Below are positions 20,056 through 28,165 of a DNA stretch of 28,165 nt, one piece after another (within the stretch, counting starts at the first letter, position 1; the number at the start of each line of letters is the position of its first letter). This stretch comes from Azolla caroliniana (taxonomy: Eukaryota; Plantae; Polypodiophyta), in NCBI GenBank assembly GCA_043228905.1, contig JBHGNT010000402.1:1-28165 (forward strand), given 5' to 3'. Both the position numbers and the translations under genes were made by a program. Under the pieces are notes generated by a model. The model did not search any database. It saw only the letters and a list, made by a program, of their open reading frames with translations, and was not told where the DNA came from.

Positions 20056-22180
20056 AGTGCATTGCATGGCGTACCCACAAGCCCATGGCAAAAACTCGTT
20101 GACCAGAAACTCCATCGGTCTTCTCTCGACGGTCGAAAATCCCTCGACCGGAACATTTCTCTACGATCGATAACTTCGATCGGAGCTAGCATGACACGAA
20201 CCTTCTCATTCAGCCAGCATAATGCACGATTGGATCACACACCAATCAGCTTGTCCATTGTGATAAAGTCGTTCAGGGTTTAAAAATGATTCTGGGTGTA
20301 AGTGTATGTATACATATATTTTTTCTACATTGGTGTGAGTGGTGATAGGTTTTTGTTCCATCAATTTTTCGAAATTCTATCTCGTACCCCTCAGTTGTTG
20401 AAATTCTAGTAGCTACCCTTATATTTTTGAAATTTATTTACTATCCTTTGGTTTTCGAAATTTTTCGTTGTGCCCTCGTCTGAAATTTGTGGTGATGCCT
20501 TTCCCTTTCTCTTCGTCTTTTTAGGTTTCGGTTTCTTCTGTGCCCTTTTCTTTCTTTCTTCTTTCTCTTCTCCTTCTCTATGTCTTCTATCTCTGTTGCG
20601 ACAGAAACGATGCTTTGTTCTCTTCTTCTTCCTTAGTTTTCTTGGTTCAGTCATCTTCTGCTCCATCTGCAGTCTCAATCGAATGTCTGTATGTCTCTCT
20701 GTGTAGGTCCTTCCTTCTTCGCCTTCTTCTTTCTGCTGCTCCATCTTCGCTTTCCCTCCCTTCTTCTCTTGTTGTGTGTTGTTGTTCTTCTTTGTTTCTT
20801 TTGTCTTTGTGTTTTCATCCGCTTGTAGCAACCACTGCATCTTCCATGACTCCAACTCATTCTTCCTCTTCTTGTAGTTCGTTTGCTTTTGTTTTTTTAT
20901 TTGTTTTCCCCTTCATTTTGGCGGTTGGCTGCTCCGATTTTTTTGTCTATTGGCCAGCTTGTCAGCTGTCCATGGCCTATCTGATGACTTCCTTTGTTCG
21001 ACGGCCGTCGTCGTCTGTCCGGCCATCGCATTTCTCGGTAGTAGCCATTCGCGGCCGTCGCTTGGCTCTTGGCCGTCCTTGCAGCCGTGCTAGTGCTTGG
21101 CCAACTATCCCTCGACCGCTCCTATTCTTATTTGGCTGCATCTCAGCTTCTCAGCCGTCTCTCTAGGCCTATTCTCGATGCTCGGTCGTCGCTTTCGACC
21201 ATATATTGGTTGACGCTCGGCCGTGGCTTGGTCGACTCTTGGCTTCTTGGTCACTTTCTCACCTGTGGTTTGTTCGACCGACTCTCTATTCGGTTGTGTC
21301 TTTCTAGTCGGACTTTGGCCATCTCGGCTAGTCGGTCAATTGCCGAACCATCTGCATGGCTAGCTAGTTGCTGCCATCCCACTGCTGATTCACTGCGTTG
21401 CTCGTCTTTATCCACCAACCGACTCTCTGTCCATTTGGCTCTTGTTGTTGATGGAAATAAACAAAGAATGTGTTTTCTCTTCAATATTGAACCTTATACA
21501 CCTTAGGTTTTGTTTCTTCTTCCCTTCCGGTATATGGTTAATGATACTTGATACAAATAGAGCAATGTGGCCTATTTCATTATTAGGACATATGACCCCG
21601 ATCCTTATCTAGAAAATTTGTAAGGAGTAAGTAAACCCATAATAATGCTAACTCTATCATCTCTCTTACTCTTTTACGTATATATATACTCTGCTACAAT
21701 GGTTAAATACTTGATCTCACTATCCGGTTCCACCACAAACCCTTCATGAGAATCAAAGAAGACCATTAATGGAGCACACGCACTCTGTCGATACATCATT
21801 ATACATCGATCATATGTGCTTTATCTTCCTTGTTCATGACCTGCATTCCTCTTTTCTCTAAACTTGAATCATTGGTAGATCTTGGCACTAAACCAGATAT
21901 ACAAGTGACTTCACCACTTTATTCCAGAATAAGTTAGCTATGGCTACTATTGCCATTTCCTTCAAACTCTGCTATGGACCTCTTGATGGAGTGATTTAGA
22001 AGGTGTTTGATTGTTAGTTTCATGTAATTTATTAATTTCTGAATCTGCTTCTTCCTCCTCCTGATTACAAGCAATAGAGTGGCACAAACACACACAACAT
22101 AAAGATGAAGACCTAGAGACACATAGGGGAACAAAGAGGGAAAGAGAGATTTCTATTCAAGGGTGGTAGGCCGTAGGCAA

Positions 22181-22235
22181 AGCCTAGGCGAGGTCATTTC
22201 ATAGATATAGGAGCTTTTCGCTAGAAAGGTTAACA
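22181..22235 (+). repeat. Fragmentary 5' copy of the right-hand LTR of E
   Basis: 22181-22217 matches 24227-24263 (34/37); ends GGTTAACA like 24521-24528. Confidence 0.75.
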
Positions 22236-22240
22236 CAATT

Positions 22241-22253
22241 TGGCACGCCTGGT
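22241..22253 (+). other. Primer-binding site, tRNA-Arg type (TGGCACGCCTGGT)
   Basis: 5 nt after the GGTTAACA LTR end and upstream of gag. Confidence 0.75.
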
Positions 22254-22530
22254 TACAGTTGTGAGATCACAGCGAACTACGTTGAAGACAACCTTTACCC
22301 GCCATTACGACGCCCAATCGCACCAAGCGGTCTCGGCCATTTGGCCGACGCCCTGAGCCAGTCGAAGGCACTTCTGACTCGGCGGTCACGGACCAGTCCT
22401 TCCCAGAAACATCGGAGGCTCACCGGTTGCAATCCTCGCCACACCAACCTCTCCATCAAGCCCTCCAGAGGTCAACCACCCTAACCCTAACCCTTTTCCG
22501 GCTTTACCGGAAGACTCCGAATTCGATACC

Positions 22531-23230
22531 ATGTCGTATCCTTACCCACAATACACCAACAGCCCCGATGCGGAGTCGCATGTTCGTGCCTTCGTGTCCA
22601 CCTGGCAAACCAACCACTCAACCCAGGGACTCTCGCCTGTCGAAATCGAGGCCTCAAAAATTGCTGAGTTTATGCTATCCCTCGATGGACCAGCTGCGCA
22701 ATGGTATTCTGGCCTCGACACAGGGGAGTTTGTCGCCTTCCACGATGTTCGCACACAGTTCCTAGAATTGTTCCATCGCGAGGTGCCCAAACGAGAATTG
22801 CTCCGACAGTTCTTTTCCATGCGACAAGAACCGCACGAGACGGTCGCACAGTTCACGATCCGGTTTCGGTATGTCTCTGCACAGCACATTCCGGGCGCAT
22901 TCCTGTCCAGCCTACGGGAGCCTCTACGGACGACTCTTGTACTTACTAATTTTGACAACCAAATGATCGAGCAAGTCATAGTGCGCGTCCTCGCCCTCGA
23001 TCGGACTCAACAAAGCATGGCTTTCTCTATGAGTTCACTGCAAAGCGCCCTTCCCCAGGAGGACAATCGCTTCCGCCACGCCCTCCAATGCACAGTTTGT
23101 TCGGGATCGGGCCATCTGGCCCTCGAATGTCCTCACCGACCACAGTGTCCGATCCGCCAGTCCCGATCCCACACGGTTGAACACTGCGAATACAATATGC
23201 TCAACCACACAACGACGGCTCCGGTTTGGA
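22531..23230 (+). pseudogene. Gypsy gag remnant of E with two zinc knuckles
   Basis: F.LSLDG.AAQWY, MRQEPHETVAQF..RF; CTVCSGSGHLALEC and decayed CPIRQSRSHTVEHC. Confidence 0.88.
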
Positions 23231-23923
23231 CCCACAATACTACCAACACCAGATCCACCTTCTCCCGGACGCTCGGCTGGTTCAGCAAAGACGATATCGG
23301 ATGAACCCCAATTATGTGGCTAAGGTCAAGGAAGAAATAGACAAGCTCCTCCGAGTCGGGTTCATACGACCGGTAAAACGCGCCACATGGTTAAGCCCAA
23401 TCGTAGTCGTCCCCAAGAAAAACGGGAAAATCCGAGTCTGTGTGGACTATCTCGCAAGCTTAATGCTGCAACGGTCATGGATGGATTCCCTCTCCCGTTC
23501 ACGGATAGTGTTCTCGACATGGTGGCAGGTCACGAATGCTACAACTTTCTAGACGGGTTCAGTGGGTACAACCAAATCAGAATGCACCCGGATGATCAAG
23601 AGAAAACAACATTTGTCACGGAATGGGGTGTTTTCGTGGCAGAAGTCATGATGTTCGGTTTAAAAATAGCGTTAGCCACGTTCAAGCGCATCATCACCGA
23701 AATTTTAAACGAGTATATCCCGACGTTCATGCAAGTCTTCCTCGACAACTTCGCCGTATATGGTCAGCGACTGGAACACATGACCCAGTTACGTCTCTGT
23801 CTTGATCGATGTCGCCAGGCTCAGTTAAGTTTAAGCCCGGTAAAATGCGCATTCTTGGTCACAAGCAGCAACCTACTCGGACACATCGTCAGTCAAGAAG
23901 GTATCGCCATGGACCCGGAATAA
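23226..23923 (+). pseudogene. Gypsy RT remnant of E (non-chromovirus-like); protease, RNase H and integrase absent
   Basis: WLSPIVVVPKKNGKIRVCVDY, FLDGFSGYNQI, MMFGLK.A.ATF.R, VFLDNF, LLGHIVSQEGI. Confidence 0.93.
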
Positions 23924-24019
23924 AACCAACCTCTAAGCCCCGTAGGAACGGACAATTTTTGTAATCCGTGTGGTTTTGTTAAATCCATGGTGAATCGTGG
24001 GTCTGACGGACAAAGTCCT

Positions 24020-24036
24020 GTCCCACGGGCGTGCCA
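24020..24036 (+). other. tRNA-3'-end-like (anti-PBS) motif GTCCCACGGGCGTGCCA at the expected PPT position
   Basis: Ends in CCA, followed by GG and the TGTTG LTR start; largely complementary to the PBS at 22241. Confidence 0.7.
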
Positions 24037-24038
24037 GG

Positions 24039-24528
24039 TGTTGTCCATAGGCCAAAAATAGAAATTAGTTAAATGTAATACGCTGGAAGTAAGGCGAGTA
24101 GGTAAGGGAGAGTTAGGTAAAAAGCTGAGTTTTGAGCCTCACAGTTAGCTGACCGCTCGGTGTTGTATGAAGGAAAAGAAGTATATAAACCGAGGTCTGC
24201 GTACCTCGGTAGGGGGAGATATCCAGAGCCTAGGCAAGGTCGTTTCATAGATATAGGAACTTTGTAAGGCTACCGGCTGTGGGCCGTGTTTTTTTGTAAA
24301 CCTCGCTAACTATTGCAGTAAAACATATCTATTAACTCTTGTTGTTTTCATCTGTGTGTCGTCGTTTCTAAGGTCTCAACTACGTATACGACCTGGGCTC
24401 TATTCCGGGTATGATCTCCGTGTTCTTCCCTTAACAACACCCCTGTGCACAAGTCTTCACGATTACACTTCCCTGGATACCGATAGCTTGTAGGCATATC
24501 GAAGGTGTTTCCCGCAGAACGGTTAACA
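24039..24528 (+). repeat. Right (3') LTR of E, 490 bp
   Basis: TGTT...AACA ends; TATATAAA at 24182-24189; partial copy precedes the PBS and gag; left edge inferred. Confidence 0.7.
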
Positions 24529-25408
24529 GTGTCAATTTCCATCGGAGTTGGAGTATTCACTGGAGACGCATTATATGACTCCCTTGGAAAAGGTTTTGCT
24601 ACCAGTGAGGCATAGGTGGGCTCTAATCTTGCCCTTGGCATCTGGAACTCATGTTTCGAACGTCGTTCGAAAAGACGGTTGTCGCATCTCACCGCGTGAC
24701 TGATTGCTTCTATCAATGACTTTGGTTCTTCGAGGAAGGTCAACAATAAATCCTTGACATTGTTACGTAGACCATAACGAAATTGCTCCATTAGTTCTTG
24801 GTCATCCTAGGGGATATCGGAGGCGAGTAGGCGGAAATCTACAACGTATGCGGGGGTTGGACGATCACCTTGACGTAATCATCGGATTTTATTGATTGTT
24901 GTCCTTATGTTGTTAGTATCTCCAAAACAAGCTTTAAACTCACTTAAAAACTCTTCAAAATGTTTAGTAAAGGAGATTCCTTTTCTAACAACGGAGTGAA
25001 CCATGCCAAAGCTAAGCCACTTAACAACGTGCCTGCTAAACCCACTCGTGATGCATCGATGGGATATTAGGAAGGATGCATTTGAATGACTAATCGTACA
25101 TGATTAAGGAATCCTCTAAACTGCGATCGCGTTCCATTGAATTTCATGGGAAGACCGATCTTGGGTTCTTTAAGAATCCCTTGCGTACTGGGTCCTTGTT
25201 GTTGGATCGCTACTATGGTTGATTCGAGTTGTTGCACGCGTAACACTAGTTCCCCATGTTGTTGTTGTGTCTGTTGCTTCTCTAAGGAGATTTGTTGAAG
25301 CTCCCCCAACAATCGTTGATTTTCTTGTTCCAATGCAAGAAAATTCTCTTTCAAGCATTGCAACTTCAAGAAAATGGATTGATATTCTTGAGCGCTATCA
25401 GTAGCCAT
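24529..25408 (-). pseudogene. Gypsy C gag N-terminal and capsid region
   Basis: ATG at 25408; Q/E-rich coiled-coil-like start; EPKIGLPMKFNG.RSQFRGFL; QFRYGLRNNVKD; PTPMEID. Confidence 0.92.
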
Positions 25409-25534
25409 AGTATGAGAGAAAAGAGGAATAAGAGATTAGTATGAAGGGAGCGAGAAGTAAGAAGATAAGGAAGAGAAGGAAAGAGACCAAAATTGGTTCA
25501 AACAGTCGGAAACAGTACTAAGACAACAAAGTAC

Positions 25535-25957
25535 TATCAGGAACAGTACTAAGACAGATAAGGAATTAGTACTAAAAGATGAGGATTAGTATTAAGGGAG
25601 GTGTAGAACTCTCGAGAGAGGAAAGAGTGAGTGAATGAGTGAGTGACAGAGAGAGAGAGAATGATGATAACAAAAGATATATATTATGTTAAGAGAATAT
25701 ACAATAGTAGCTAGGAGGCTTAAGACTGACGTTGAATCGATTTGGTTCGAAATAATGCCTTGTGCCTCCTTTTATAATGTTCTCAAGAGTACTCCTGAAG
25801 TTTCTAGAATGTTCCAAAGAAATTTGGAATATGCATCAATTTTCTATAGTACCTAAATGAAAATAATATCCTTGGTATTACAACATATAGTCTAATTGTC
25901 AAGAGCTCGACTCATGTAATATAAGGTCATGGGTTCGAGTCTTGCCATATCATGACA
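25535..25957 (-). repeat. 5' LTR of Gypsy C (423 bp)
   Basis: Aligns with 15498-15916; TATCA (mutated TG end)...TGACA; minus-strand TATAAAA at 25770-25776. Confidence 0.93.
25888..25942 (+). promoter_or_regulatory. Second copy of tRNA-like A/B boxes in the 5' LTR
   Basis: TAGTCTAATTG at 25888 and GGTTCGAGTCT at 25932. Confidence 0.6.
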
Positions 25958-27806
25958 ATCGGCTTGTTCGAGTTCGACTGTTTGTCGAATCTTTGATTCA
26001 ACTTGGTGGGTCGGTTTTTCTATGACGTCTCAGTCGTCTTTGAAAGATACCTTTTTCCCTACTATTTTCTTATGGTTCCGTTGAGAGAAGATAGAGTCTT
26101 CATTGAAGACTACATCACTGCTCCGGATCAATTTTCGGTTCTTAGGGTCCCATAGCCTGTAGCCGAATTCCCCATCGGTTCCATAACCGAGAAATATGCA
26201 TTTCGTTGCATGGGCTGCCAATTTTGTCATTTTATCCCTGGGGATGAACACGTAGGCTTCACATTCGAATATACGGAGCCTATCATAGGTCGGTTTTTTT
26301 CCTGACCATAGTGCCTGTGGCACTTCAAGCCTAATTGCTCTTGACGGCGCCAGATTTATCAGGTATACTTCCGTTTGCAATGCTTCTGCCCAGAATTCCA
26401 GCTTCAGTTCGGCTTGTTGAAGCATTGCTGTCACCCTCTCCTAGATCGTTCTGTTGATCCGTTCTGCCACTCCATTTTGCATGGGTGTGTAGGGAACGGT
26501 CTTTTGAAGTCAGATCCCTTTGTTGGACACGTCTTGTTTGAAGGCTCTGGAGGTGTATTCGCCTCCATTGTCGGATCAGAGTGTCTTCACTCTATGTCCC
26601 GACCGGTTCTTACTTCAGATATCCACCGAGTGAAGACCTCGAGTGCTTCGTCTTTGGACCTGATCGAGTAGGCCCAGACCTTCTGTGTACAGCCATCTAC
26701 AAAGGTGATGAAGTACTAGGAGCCTCCTAGTGATCGCTCTAGCAGGGGTCCACATATATCTACGTGCACGAGCTCTAGGGGTTGTCGTACCATCTCGTAG
26801 TGGAGAGTGTGCAGACTTCGGGTCTGTTTCCCATATCGACAATGCTCGCAAAAGTCCGTGTTCGCTTAGGATTTTGGGATGTAGCCTACTGCCATCAGCC
26901 GATCAAGTCTGGCTTGAGACATATGGCTGAGTGACTCGCCATGCGAGAGGTTTGGGTCGGTCTTTTCGGCTACGTTCACGGACCCCTTCTGAATTGATCG
27001 TCATTAGCGGCTATAGGTTGTTGTACTTGTGCCCGCCTCTTATCTTCAGGTTTGCTCGAGTGATCATCCAGACCGACTCAATTAGAGTCGTTTTGTCCCC
27101 ATCTTCGGCTAGCATGCCGATGGAGACCAGACTCCTTTTCAGGTTAGGTACATGCCAAACTCGGTGCAGGGTTATTGTGTTGCCATTTGGTAATCGGATG
27201 GGAACCTCTCCGGTCCCTGCAATTCTGCACTCCTGCCCGTTGCCTAGATGGACTGTGCCATTGGTGTCGGTTGAATAGTCCGAAAACCATTCAATGTTGG
27301 GGGTCACATGGAATGTGGCACCAGAATCCAGTAGCCACGTGTGTGCATCCTGTGCACTGTAGAGGACTTCTCCGATCACTGAATCCTCTAATGAGAGAAC
27401 TTCTCTGGATCGGGAGTCGGCAACGTTGATTTGGTTCCCGACTGGAGAGCAGTCCGATTTGGGTCGTCCTCGATTCCTTGAAAAGTTGTTTGATCAAAAT
27501 TAGTTTTGAAGATGAGGACTTCTTCTCGTACACATGTTGTAACTTTTCCCATAGTGATAACGTTGTCGTCTCTTTTTCCATGCTGAAGTAGACATTTTCG
27601 GCCAGATGCATTTGGATGGTGGAACGTGCAATTTCGTCCATCGATTTCCACGCTTCGGTTGTCATCGAAGCAGGTTTTTCACTGTGTCGAATAGCTTTGA
27701 CTTGTCTTTTGATGATCAGAACATCCTGCATCATCTCCTTCCATAGTGCAAATTTTTTGCCATCGAACTTTCTGATTTCAACTCTAGTTCCGAATGTTGA
27801 AGCCAT
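25958..27806 (-). pseudogene. Copia B gag, protease and integrase remnant
   Basis: KFDGKKFALWK; WLLDSGATFHVT; FCEHCRYGKQ; SDNGGEY; FWAEALQT..YLIN; KCIFLGYG..GYRLWDP..SSDVVFNE. Confidence 0.95.
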
Positions 27807-27896
27807 ATTCTTCTATGAAAGGTGAGATTTTTTTACTGACCTCGTCTTTTTCTTTTGAGCTTCTTCTGTTTTCTGTTGCCGCTGAACAACAAGGTC

Positions 27897-27909
27897 GGTT
27901 CTGATACCA
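27897..27909 (-). other. Primer-binding site, initiator tRNA-Met type (TGGTATCAGAACC)
   Basis: 2 nt inside the 5' LTR; one mismatch to the usual TGGTATCAGAGCC. Confidence 0.9.
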
Positions 27910-27911
27910 TT

Positions 27912-28165
27912 TGTGGAAAGTTGGTAGGTGTGTGCGTATGTGGAAGCGTATGAGAACCTGTTTGCTCACTCGGAAAACAACACAGAAAGGGAGGAAGGCA
28001 GAGACTTACACAGAAACGAGCTTTAATGGAAAGCTTTATTACGTTCTCTCTCTCAGAGACTTGATATAAAATATATGGTCAAGAAGATCTTTCTTTACAA
28101 CATTAGGTTATTGCTTATATACTAAGCCCTAACTATGTGGACGAGTTCACACTAGGATACAAAGT
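27912..28165 (-). repeat. 5' LTR of Copia B (partial, cut by window end)
   Basis: Matches 13095-13368. Confidence 0.95.

Larger units (their letters stand above)
19694..24528 (+). mobile_element. Insert E: composite, internally deleted Ty3/Gypsy-derived insertion, 4835 bp
   Basis: TGTTTA...TTAACA ends; perfect TSD GTGTC (19689-19693 and 24529-24533); removal restores host gag PMEIDT-TRRRGPL. Confidence 0.88.
15498..25957 (-). mobile_element. Ty3/Gypsy chromovirus C (Tcn1/sushi-like), two LTRs, carrying two nested inserts
   Basis: LTR pair; 5-bp TSD GTCGG (15493-15497) / ATCGG (25958-25962); gag-PR-RT-IN-chromodomain order; clade assignment is by resemblance only. Confidence 0.95.
13095..28165 (-). 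mobile_element. Ty1/Copia element B (Tnt1-like gag start, tRNA-iMet PBS), split by Gypsy C; 5' LTR runs off the window
   Basis: Matching LTRs starting at 13095 and 27912; PBS; gag-PR-IN at 25958-27806 and RT-RNase H at 13562-15497. Confidence 0.95.

Noticed and set aside
20406-21506. K/E-rich and F/S/L-rich ORFs on both strands
   Set aside because: Explained by purine/pyrimidine skew; no recognisable domain

Overview
Eukaryotic, plant-type, transposon-dominated DNA with no recognisable host gene. The element lineages suggest a non-seed land plant, but that is inference. 1-3639 is a decayed, 3'-truncated L1-type LINE. 3640-10535 is AT-rich non-coding DNA with local duplications and two hAT-type MITEs (8-bp TSDs). 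From 10536 to the window end is a four-level nest of LTR retrotransposons: Copia A contains Copia B, which contains Gypsy chromovirus C (both LTRs and a TSD present), which contains a 1.4-kb solo-LTR-like insert D and a 4.8-kb Gypsy-derived insert E. All coding regions are degenerate. Most unusual signals: (1) a tRNA-Arg 3'-end-like (anti-PBS) motif where the polypurine tract should be, at both termini of insert E; (2) E has two unrelated LTR-like ends inside one perfect TSD; (3) tRNA-spaced Pol III A/B boxes in both LTRs of C; (4) a tRNA-independent, Tf1-like self-priming signature and a -1 frameshift signal in C. All alignments and counts were done by eye.
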